Below, piece by piece: positions 49,027 to 57,598 of a DNA stretch of 64,000 nucleotides; position 1 is the stretch's first letter, and every line of letters starts with the position of its first letter. The notes beneath the pieces were generated by a model. It had not been told where the DNA came from, made no database searches, and saw only the letters and a program-made list of their open reading frames with translations. Position numbers and translations under genes: made by a program. The stretch spans positions 1-64,000 of the forward strand of contig PEAD01000006.1 of the NCBI GenBank assembly GCA_002753335.1, in the 5' to 3' direction. Origin of the DNA: Nitrospirae bacterium MYbin3. GTDB lineage: Bacteria; Nitrospirota; Thermodesulfovibrionia; Thermodesulfovibrionales; Dissulfurispiraceae.

Positions 49027-50391
49027 CTATTTGCCAGAGATTGGTGGATGATTTTTGACGGCTTCAGCAAAAGATCGAGCCACCGCTTTTAAATGCTCAT
49101 ATTGCTCTACCTGCTCCAACAGCGCCTGCGGCAACGCGTTCAGTCCGCGTGCAGCCCCCCAGATAGCACAGGACATTGCCGCAATGGTGTCCACGTCGCC
49201 GCGCAGCCTGATGGCAAATCCGAGAAGTTCATTGAAAGGACTGCTGCGAAAGGCAAGCGCCAGATAAATCGCTGTTACGCAGGACTCAACCGCAGAAATA
49301 CCATTCCCAAGTTCGGCAGCAACCGTTTGCGGTGCAGCATTGCTCCCTGCCTGCAGCCACCTGCTTGCAATGCGAAGCCTGCTCAAGAACTCAGGCGCTT
49401 CAACGCGTTGGCATAGCCGTTCGATAATTTCTTCAGAACTTTTGTTGTTGTAAGCAAGAGCGGTGGCCAAAGCGATCAATACAGCCCCCTCGCGTCCGAG
49501 AGGGTGGGCGTGAGTCACCTCCGCAGAGGCGGATGCTGCCTTGACAAGGTAATCTTCGTTGTCATCTGCAAAAAAAAGCCCAACGACCGGGGCTCGCATA
49601 GCACCGCCATTTCCAAAGGAACCCTCGCAGTAAACCGTACGGCCCGCTTCCTCCCACGATTGCCCCCGGCTAATGCGCTTTAGAATCTTTGCAGCACCGG
49701 GGCCATATCCACGTGACCACTTGTATGATTGAGAAAATCGGCGTGCAAGGTCATTCTGATCAACACGCCCGCACGCTGCCAACGACTCTATCAGATCAAT
49801 GGCCATTTGAGTATCATCTGTCCAGCGGCGCCTGCCGTTTTGCCTGCCGATTAGGGCCCAAACAGCACGTTCAAGAATTCCTCCTTCATGCGGGGCGCCG
49901 AATGCGTCGCCAAGCGCCAGTGCGAGCACCGATCCAGTTATGCGATCAGTCTTTATGTCAAACCCGGCAGCCTCAATGTTTTGGTTCGGCTCACACTTCG
50001 CGGCTTCCCACCAAGCAGGCAGATTGGGATTGATCCACCGCCATCCAATGCCATGATAAGAGGCCTTGCGCATCTGTAACACGACAACAATTACCGTTGC
50101 AGCTAAAGAAACCGAAGCCGTTGCAGACCAGCCCGGAGTCTCAAAAACTACAGTTGTTATAGAGAGAACAATAAACACGCCAGCCCAGGCCAGCTCAAGA
50201 GGCCGCGCCATACGCACAATGTTGCAAAACAGAAAAAAATGCATGAGCACAAAGCCGACCACGAACCCCCACCACAAAACCACCAGCGAGAGCGCAAAGG
50301 CTGCAGCTAAACCAAGGACCAGAATGATTGCGTCGAGCGCCGACAGACGAAAGCCTGGAGCAAAGGCATGCTCTTTATTTCTATTGAACAT
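49027..50391 (-). CDS. ADP-ribosylglycohydrolase (DraG/ARH family) fused to an N-terminal 4-TM domain
   Basis: LGDAFG, WTDDTQM, SFGNGGAMR, VTHAHP, GDVDTIAAM; first ~130 aa hydrophobic. Confidence 0.87.
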   Translation of the reverse strand: MFNRNKEHAFAPGFRLSALDAIILVLGLAAAFALSLVVLWWGFVVGFVLMHFFLFCNIVRMARPLELAWAGVFIVLSITTVVFETPGWSATASVSLAATVIVVVLQMRKASYHGIGWRWINPNLPAWWEAAKCEPNQNIEAAGFDIKTDRITGSVLALALGDAFGAPHEGGILERAVWALIGRQNGRRRWTDDTQMAIDLIESLAACGRVDQNDLARRFSQSYKWSRGYGPGAAKILKRISRGQSWEEAGRTVYCEGSFGNGGAMRAPVVGLFFADDNEDYLVKAASASAEVTHAHPLGREGAVLIALATALAYNNKSSEEIIERLCQRVEAPEFLSRLRIASRWLQAGSNAAPQTVAAELGNGISAVESCVTAIYLALAFRSSPFNELLGFAIRLRGDVDTIAAMSCAIWGAARGLNALPQALLEQVEQYEHLKAVARSFAEAVKNHPPISGK

Positions 50392-50414
50392 ACAGCTCTA
50401 GTTCACCGAAACGG

Positions 50415-50735
50415 CTATGGCAGCCCACGCCACCAAAGAATGCAAAACCCCAGAACTGCTGCAAGCACCGCATACACCATCGATAGAATCCGATACCGTT
50501 TTAATGTTCGTTGATATATATCTGGTGGGGTGTATGCCCCGCCGTATTCATCAGCATCCCACATGTGCAGATGGTAAGCCAGCCGCCAGCCGCCCAGTGC
50601 GGCAAACACCAAACAGATGGCGACCCACAGCCAACCGAAATAGCTCTTGTGCGGAAGTCCGGCGAATATGGCGAACATGACTGCGCATCCGATTGGGGAA
50701 GCAAGAAAAGGTGATCCACCGTGACCGTTTGGCAT
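50415..50735 (-). CDS. Hypothetical membrane protein
   Basis: AAGGAG upstream; three hydrophobic segments; co-oriented with the ARH gene. Confidence 0.6.
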   Translation of the reverse strand: MPNGHGGSPFLASPIGCAVMFAIFAGLPHKSYFGWLWVAICLVFAALGGWRLAYHLHMWDADEYGGAYTPPDIYQRTLKRYRILSMVYAVLAAVLGFCILWWRGLP

Positions 50736-50858
50736 CGCCTGTAACTATCTCCTTTTAAGGAAACTCTAAGCGCTATTTTACAGAATATTTACACGAATTA
50801 ACCATAACTTTACCGTTGTTTAATGTAATGTAATGAAGGATCTATTATTCAGATATCT

Positions 50859-53800
50859 GTGGCTATGTCAAAAAAATCTCAGTTGTCCCCCACAAATGAA
50901 GCGCAAGCAAGCCGCTTCTTTAAGCGGGACAGGCTATTTCGCAAGCTCGATAATGCAAGGAAAAAACCGCTTATCTGGATAACCGGTCCTGCAGGATCTG
51001 GCAAGACAGCCATTATTTCCGGGTATATTGAAGCCAGAAAACTGCGTGCCTTTTGGTGCCGTGCAGATTTTATTGCAGCTTATGAGGGTATTCCTGACAT
51101 TAAGAGTTCTGATGAACCCTGCGTGTTGATTTTCGACAATTACCACGATCTGCCTTATTCCTCGAACTTCCACCATGATCTAAAGTCTAGCCTATCCAAG
51201 CTTCAGCAAGGAGTGAATGTTATATTCTTGAGCAGGCATGAACCCCACCCTGTTTTGCTCGATGATGTAACCAAGCATGGCAACAGAATAGGCTGGGACG
51301 AATTGAGGCTTACCTATGACGAAACCAAAGAGTTCCTATCTGCCTGCAACGGTTTCGAGGAGAAAGATATCCTCCGTCTTTACCAGAAAACAGAAGGCTG
51401 GATAATGGGGCTTATTGCTTACAGCGAGAATCGTGATAAAAATGACCTTCCGCACCCCAACACCGATGCCTTTTATCCTGCCGACATTAAAAATGCCTTT
51501 GAAGCAATGCTTGATAAACTGGATTCCTCTTCCTGCGAATTCCTTCTAAAGACCTCAATCTTCAGAAGCATTACAACTCTAATGGCTGAGCGCCTGACCA
51601 TGAATCCTCATGCTGAGCAGATACTGTCAGGTTTATACAGAAAATCTTTTTTTATCGAAAGAAAAGACTCCGAATATTCATACCAGCCTTTGTTCAGAGA
51701 GTTTCTTTTGTGCCGCGCACAAAAAGAATCTTCTGGTTCTGAATGGATAGAAATATGTTTGCGTGCAGCCGGAATTTTATTCGAAGCTGGGCGGGAACCA
51801 GAAGCTGGCGATATTCTTATCGAACACAGCCTATGGGATGGGCTGGCAGACTTGATCATTAAAGCCGCTCCTAAACTTGCAGCAAATGGACATATTACAG
51901 CTGTATCGGAATGGACAGCAGTGCTTCCAGAAAGTTATTTCGGCCTTAATCCGCGCCTCCTATACTGGAAAGGGCTATCGTCACCCGATGACAACGGAGC
52001 TGAAGCGCTTCAAAAATATCTGGAACTCTGCTCTGTTTCTAACAACAACGATGGAATGCTGCTTTCTTTTGCAGCTCTCAGCGATAGGTATATTGCTTCG
52101 TCAGAATTCGGCCATGCTGAAAATCTGATTTCCCTTGTAGAACCTACCATGAGAAACGATGCTTCGTGTTCTGCTTCAAAATATTTTGATGATGCGGTTA
52201 TGAACCTTTTTGTTCTAATGAGCCTCAGCAGCCCTGGTCATCCTGATATTTCTTTCTGGGAAGACAAAGCGTTCATATCGGTTCTTGCCGGGCATAAGAC
52301 CGACATTAACCGCAGACTAATTTCGGGCATTAATTTGTGCCGTTATTACCTCTGGATGGGAGACTTTTCTAAAGCGGCCTTCATCAGGAGTTTCTTGGTC
52401 GACAACATACGTCCGGAACAGGTTTCGGAAAAAATTATCGGCCTGTTCGATGAGTTGGAGGTCTTTTATGATTTATTTGCCGGCGCTGCTTCTGCAAGCC
52501 TCAAAAAATCTCTCGGTTTCTTGAAGGAGCCCGCAAACAAAAAGAATATCAGAATTTTAATGCATGGTCTGGCAGCTTCAATTGAGGAAGATGACAATGT
52601 CTCTTTTGACAGAATTTATCAGCAGCTATCTCTTCTCATCAATGATGCCAAAGAATCCGAGCTGGCTTATTATCATTACCTCCTGGCATGCAGAGAACAG
52701 ATGAACCGAGATAATGACAGGGCGTTTTATAATCAGGAACTGGCTCTGAAGCTTTTGGCAAAATCAGGACTCAGCCTTGAACAGCCTTTGTTTTTTATAA
52801 AAATGGCCGAAATACAGTACGAGAGAGGGAGCCTAAGCGAATTAGAGCATTATCTGTCATTGGCGCGGGATGCTGCATTAAAGATTAAAAGCCTTTTCTT
52901 TAAACATCTAAGCGAGTTTCTGGAGCTGCAGATCTTGATGGATAGGGGTGCTGCCTCTCTTAATGATTCATTGAATAAAGCCATGCTGGGGATGCGGGCG
53001 CAGAATTTTTTTGGAATTATATGGTTCAACCGTTCTTTTACAACACGAGTCTGCATGAAGGCTCTTCAGGCAGGAATAGAAAAGGACTCTGCCCTTGATG
53101 TGATACGCAAACGAAGACTTATGCCTGATACTCCACCGCTTGATGTTGAAGAATGGCCTTATCCGATAATGATATATACACTGGGCAGGTTTGACCTGAT
53201 AAAAGATTCCCGTCCTTTCAAAGCTTCCGGGAGGCTTCAGTCCAAACCTATGATTATGCTTAAGGCGCTTATAGCATTTGGCGGAGTGGATGTGTCTAAA
53301 TCTCAGATAGTCGATGCGCTCTGGCCTGAAGTTGAGGGGGATGCTGCAAACACCTCTTTTGAATCCACTTTGTACCGCCTGAGAAGGCTTATAGACGATT
53401 ACAAAGGAATTCAGCTTTGCGACGGACAGTTATCTCTTGATCCCTGCTACTACTGGGTTGACTCATGGGCATTCGAGCATATGGTCGGAAAAGCTGATGC
53501 TGCCTGGCAGTTCAGCAAAAGCGCTGGGCACAAAGACAGAGATGTTCTGCGCGAGGCCCTAAGTTTTAGCGAAAAAGTGGTCAGTATGTATAAAGGCGCT
53601 TTTCTTCCTGCAGATTCGGATAATGCGTGGGCCATTTCAAAACGCGAAAGCCTGCGCAGCAAGTTTGTTCATTCTGCTGCAAAAGCAGGAGAATACTGGA
53701 TTTCGGACGGAAAATGGAAAATGGCTGCTGATTGGTTTCAGAGATGCCTGGACATAGATGAATCTTCAGAACTGTTTTATCAGCGCCTAATAACCTGCTA

Positions 53801-53870
53801 TAAAAATCTTGGCCTGAATATTGAGGCTGATAAGCTTTCTGATCGCATAACCCCGGTTTTTCATGTATAA
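50859..53870 (+). CDS. MalT-like NTPase/TPR regulator with a C-terminal wHTH-BTAD (SARP-like) output
   Basis: R.RL..KL, GPAGSGKT, LIFDNYH, TEGW, YQPLFREFL; C-terminal IYTLGRF, DALWP, TLYRLRR, WVDSWAF, YKGAFL. Confidence 0.85.
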   Translation: MAMSKKSQLSPTNEAQASRFFKRDRLFRKLDNARKKPLIWITGPAGSGKTAIISGYIEARKLRAFWCRADFIAAYEGIPDIKSSDEPCVLIFDNYHDLPYSSNFHHDLKSSLSKLQQGVNVIFLSRHEPHPVLLDDVTKHGNRIGWDELRLTYDETKEFLSACNGFEEKDILRLYQKTEGWIMGLIAYSENRDKNDLPHPNTDAFYPADIKNAFEAMLDKLDSSSCEFLLKTSIFRSITTLMAERLTMNPHAEQILSGLYRKSFFIERKDSEYSYQPLFREFLLCRAQKESSGSEWIEICLRAAGILFEAGREPEAGDILIEHSLWDGLADLIIKAAPKLAANGHITAVSEWTAVLPESYFGLNPRLLYWKGLSSPDDNGAEALQKYLELCSVSNNNDGMLLSFAALSDRYIASSEFGHAENLISLVEPTMRNDASCSASKYFDDAVMNLFVLMSLSSPGHPDISFWEDKAFISVLAGHKTDINRRLISGINLCRYYLWMGDFSKAAFIRSFLVDNIRPEQVSEKIIGLFDELEVFYDLFAGAASASLKKSLGFLKEPANKKNIRILMHGLAASIEEDDNVSFDRIYQQLSLLINDAKESELAYYHYLLACREQMNRDNDRAFYNQELALKLLAKSGLSLEQPLFFIKMAEIQYERGSLSELEHYLSLARDAALKIKSLFFKHLSEFLELQILMDRGAASLNDSLNKAMLGMRAQNFFGIIWFNRSFTTRVCMKALQAGIEKDSALDVIRKRRLMPDTPPLDVEEWPYPIMIYTLGRFDLIKDSRPFKASGRLQSKPMIMLKALIAFGGVDVSKSQIVDALWPEVEGDAANTSFESTLYRLRRLIDDYKGIQLCDGQLSLDPCYYWVDSWAFEHMVGKADAAWQFSKSAGHKDRDVLREALSFSEKVVSMYKGAFLPADSDNAWAISKRESLRSKFVHSAAKAGEYWISDGKWKMAADWFQRCLDIDESSELFYQRLITCYKNLGLNIEADKLSDRITPVFHV

Positions 53871-54035
53871 GATTTTCTTCCAAAACAAAAAAACCATATA
53901 AATCAATGCATGTAAAATTTTTGTTAACAAGAATATGTAAGCCAGTTGTAAGCCCTGACGGTTTAAAATCAAAGCAATAAAAAAAAGCTTTGTCATAAAG
54001 GCAAAGCAAAAAAACAGAATCAGGAGGGCTTCAAT

Positions 54036-54347
54036 ATGACATCAAAGAAAGAGTTAACCGGCATCGGCGCAAAAATGGGTTTATTGATCGGGGGTTTGTA
54101 TTTTATTTTTTATGCACTTATTCCTGCAGGGTATATCAGCACCATGTTAGCCCTTTATATTGCAGGAAGCCCCTTGGGCGGAAGCTATGTAGCAGGGATT
54201 ATGGCTATGATCTTCTTTGCCTTTGCCGGATTTGTTTCTATGATGACAGGCGGCATAGCCGGCATACTTGTTGAAAGCATGATAGTACTTTACAACAGAA
54301 AACACTCCGAAAATGTTTCTGAACATTTAAGCCCGATTAAAGCATAA
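54036..54347 (+). CDS. Small Gly-rich membrane protein
   Basis: RBS AGGAGG; two to three TM segments; followed by a terminator. Confidence 0.7.
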   Translation: MTSKKELTGIGAKMGLLIGGLYFIFYALIPAGYISTMLALYIAGSPLGGSYVAGIMAMIFFAFAGFVSMMTGGIAGILVESMIVLYNRKHSENVSEHLSPIKA

Positions 54348-54361
54348 TTGATTTAAAATAC

Positions 54362-54400
54362 AAAAAAAGAGGGCAGCGGTTTCCGCTGCCCTCTTTTTTT
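54362..54400. terminator. Intrinsic terminator (bidirectional form)
   Basis: AAAAAAAGAGGGCAGCGG-ttt-CCGCTGCCCTCTTTTTTT. Confidence 0.9.
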
Positions 54401-54439
54401 TGCTTATTTCCGGCCTTCAATGTTAATGTTTTTCAGAAA

Positions 54440-57400
54440 ATGGAAAAGAAAAAAATATTTTTAGTTGTGCTCTTTGTCTTTGTAATTTCAGGCAGCGCTT
54501 TTGCCCAAGGCAAAGATGAGGCCGAAAGATTGTGGGAACTGGGAGAAAAGGCCTTTGAGTCGGGGAAATACAAAGAGGCAGCTTCATATTATGAAAAATC
54601 ATTATCAAAATGTGCAGGCAGTCCGGAATGTATATCATCGAACAAAAATGGACTGGGCAGGGTCCACGAAGAGTTGGGCGACTACAAAAAGGCTCTCTCC
54701 CATTATGAGGATGCTCTAAGGGCGGCACGCCAGATTAATCACCGTGATTTTATTGCCACAAATCTTTTTAATATCGGATCTATCTATAACCAAAACCTGA
54801 GCCAAAATGAAAAGGCCTTTTCCCTGCTTGAAGAATCTTTGCGCATATTCAGGGAATTAAATGACAAGGAAAGCACCGCAATCGTACTGTTCAATATCGG
54901 CAAGGCCGCTAATTCGCTTGGCAGATACGACAAAGCGCTTTCCTATTTCATCGAATCTCTCAGAATGAACCGAGAAAAGAACAACCAGAATGCAATAGCC
55001 GGCAACCTTAACCTTATAGGCAATGTATATTCCAATATGGGGCACTATGACAAAACGCTTTCATATTACCAAGAAGCTCTTGCGATAAACAGACGGCTCA
55101 ATACCCCAAAAGAAATAGCGATATCTCTCCGAAATATAGGGGACGCCTACTGTGAACTCATCGAGCATGATAAGGCCCTCTCATACTATACCGAAGCGTT
55201 GGACATACAAAAAAAGCAGAATGCACGTGAGGATATAGCCATAACACTTACCAACCTCGGGGCCTATTACAAAGACATCAACCAATACGACAAAGCCCTT
55301 TCTCACCAGAAGGAGGCTTTGAAAATCAGCGATGAGCTGGATAATCAGGCTATGAAGGCAACCAACCTCAGCAATATAGGCAATACATACACGTCTTTGG
55401 GCAGATCCGACTCCGCACTTTTATATTACCGTCAGGCATTGAACATCGAAGGAAAGATTAACAGACCTAAACAAAGGGCCATAGTGCTAAACAATATCGG
55501 GATGGAATATTTTAGAGTTGGCCAGTATGAGCAGGCGCTGCTTAATCTTAATGAGGCTCTGGATATAGAGCGAAAGCTGGACAATACTCATAACATCGCT
55601 GCCAGACTGAATAATATCGGGGCCGTATATCTCAGCCAAAAAAAATACAAAGAGGCCGAAAAAATATTTCTCGAGAGAAAAGAGGCTGGCAAGAAGATAA
55701 CCAAAACCAGACTGATACATGCGGGATTGATACAGGTCTATCTTGCAGAAAAAAAATACAATGAGGCGTTGGCATTGCTGGAAGAGCTCCCTCCTACGTG
55801 GAGAGACAGCAGGAACCGCCGCATGGAATATCACACGCAATACGGTCAGGCGCTCAAAGGCAAGGGTCTTTTGGGGAAATCGTCCCAGGAACTGTTCAAA
55901 GCTGTTGCTATCGTTGAAGAGCTAAGAACAGCGGTTAGTGAACGCAGCGGATTCTTTTCCGGAGGCGGCTATATAAGCCGTTTGACACCTCACAGGGAGC
56001 TTGCTGCGGTTCTTGCAGAAATGGAGCGAAAAGGTGAAAAAGCAGATGATGCTTTCGGTGCCTACGGCAAAGACTCTGCATCCAGCGGCTTTTACTTTTC
56101 GGAAATGACAAAGGCAAGGACGCTGCTTGAAGCAATGTCAGACTCTGCCAGAAAATATAACGCTCCTGAAATACCGGCTGAGATAAAAAGCAGGGAGTCG
56201 GCTATCCTTAAAGAATTGGCAGCCATAAAAGACAACTGGGACAATGCGTTTGCAAAAGGCCAATCGGTATTTAAAAAACTTTCACAGAAAAAAGACCGTC
56301 TTGACAGCGAGCTCGACTCACTTATATCCTCGCTTAAAAAAGATTTTCCTCAATATGCTGCGATACATTATCCCAGCCCAATACATGCCGAAGAAATCCC
56401 CTTAAAAGCGGATGAGGTATTGATCGAGTTCGGAATAAGCGGTGACTCGGCCGTTGCATTTGTGCTCAGAAAAGGCGGCCTGAGCGGTACTCATAAAATA
56501 GATATTTCTGCAGAGGAGCTTTCGGACAGGATAAAAAAATTCATAGAGCCTTTCAGCACAGGGAAAGACAAAGATGTTTCTCTAAAATTTGCAAAAGAAC
56601 TCTACGGCTTATTGCTTGCAGATGCTCTTAAAGATGTTAAATATTCAGAAAGGCTGATAATTGTTCCGGATGGAATTCTCGGTCTTCTTCCCTTTGAAGC
56701 GCTGGTTATAAAAGAGGGCAAAGATTATAAAGACACAATTTATTTAGGCGACAAATGGACTGTAACGTATGCGCAGTCAGCAACATCCCTCGCATTGACA
56801 AGGCTTTTAAAGCCGACAATAGCCGAAAAACCCCTATTTGCGCTGGGCAATCCTATATACGACAAATCCGATCCAAGATATGCTGCATATAAAAGAGGTG
56901 AGACACAACCTGCTGCAAAAAAAGAGCTGAAGCAGTATGCCTATCGAGGGCTTACTATATTGCCCAAATCTAACATATCAGGAGATGCTATTGTTTGGGA
57001 AGATGTAGAGTATCCGGCGCTTCCAGAAACAGAAGATGAGATAAAAGCTATTGCAAAAATTCTGGGGGTTAAGCCGGAGCAGCCCGATGTGCTTCTGAAT
57101 ATTTTAGCCACAGAGACAAATTTCAGAAATGCCAAGCTTAGGGATTATCGTTATCTGCATTTTGCAACCCATGCCGACCTGCCCGGAAAGGTGCAAGGAC
57201 TAAAAGAGCCTTTTATAATTCTAGGTCAGGTCGAAAACAAAAACGATGACGATGGTTTCCTCACTCTTAGCGAAGTGCTCGAATTGAAGCTCAATGCTGA
57301 CATGGTTGTTTTGTCCGCCTGCTCAACCGGCAGAGGGAAAATGATGGAGGGCGAAGGAGTCGCGAATTTTGCAAGGGCTTTTCAGCATGCAGGTTCTAAG

Positions 57401-57586
57401 AGCGTTGTGGTGAGCCTCTGGGAGGTTGCGTCAGAACCTGCTGTCGAATACATGAAAATATTTTATGCTCATCTCAAAGAGGGCAAAAGCAGAGCAGCAT
57501 CATTAAGGCTTGCAAAAAATGCGATGAAGCTAAAATACCCCAATCCATTTTACTGGGCGGTCTTTATACTGCACGGAGAAGGATAA
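54440..57586 (+). CDS. Exported TPR-repeat plus CHAT (caspase-like) domain protein
   Basis: Signal peptide (...SAFA/QG), about 9 TPR repeats, IVPDGIL..LPFEAL, HFATH, VVLSACSTG, SLWEV, PFYWAVF. Confidence 0.9.
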   Translation: MEKKKIFLVVLFVFVISGSAFAQGKDEAERLWELGEKAFESGKYKEAASYYEKSLSKCAGSPECISSNKNGLGRVHEELGDYKKALSHYEDALRAARQINHRDFIATNLFNIGSIYNQNLSQNEKAFSLLEESLRIFRELNDKESTAIVLFNIGKAANSLGRYDKALSYFIESLRMNREKNNQNAIAGNLNLIGNVYSNMGHYDKTLSYYQEALAINRRLNTPKEIAISLRNIGDAYCELIEHDKALSYYTEALDIQKKQNAREDIAITLTNLGAYYKDINQYDKALSHQKEALKISDELDNQAMKATNLSNIGNTYTSLGRSDSALLYYRQALNIEGKINRPKQRAIVLNNIGMEYFRVGQYEQALLNLNEALDIERKLDNTHNIAARLNNIGAVYLSQKKYKEAEKIFLERKEAGKKITKTRLIHAGLIQVYLAEKKYNEALALLEELPPTWRDSRNRRMEYHTQYGQALKGKGLLGKSSQELFKAVAIVEELRTAVSERSGFFSGGGYISRLTPHRELAAVLAEMERKGEKADDAFGAYGKDSASSGFYFSEMTKARTLLEAMSDSARKYNAPEIPAEIKSRESAILKELAAIKDNWDNAFAKGQSVFKKLSQKKDRLDSELDSLISSLKKDFPQYAAIHYPSPIHAEEIPLKADEVLIEFGISGDSAVAFVLRKGGLSGTHKIDISAEELSDRIKKFIEPFSTGKDKDVSLKFAKELYGLLLADALKDVKYSERLIIVPDGILGLLPFEALVIKEGKDYKDTIYLGDKWTVTYAQSATSLALTRLLKPTIAEKPLFALGNPIYDKSDPRYAAYKRGETQPAAKKELKQYAYRGLTILPKSNISGDAIVWEDVEYPALPETEDEIKAIAKILGVKPEQPDVLLNILATETNFRNAKLRDYRYLHFATHADLPGKVQGLKEPFIILGQVENKNDDDGFLTLSEVLELKLNADMVVLSACSTGRGKMMEGEGVANFARAFQHAGSKSVVVSLWEVASEPAVEYMKIFYAHLKEGKSRAASLRLAKNAMKLKYPNPFYWAVFILHGEG

Positions 57587-57598
57587 ATATTTTTCTTT

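Noticed and set aside
48825..49058. 77-aa ORF
   Set aside because: It is a translation across the tRNA-Ser gene.
54600..55680. Periodic sequence similarity within the CHAT gene
   Set aside because: Explained by protein-level TPR repeats.
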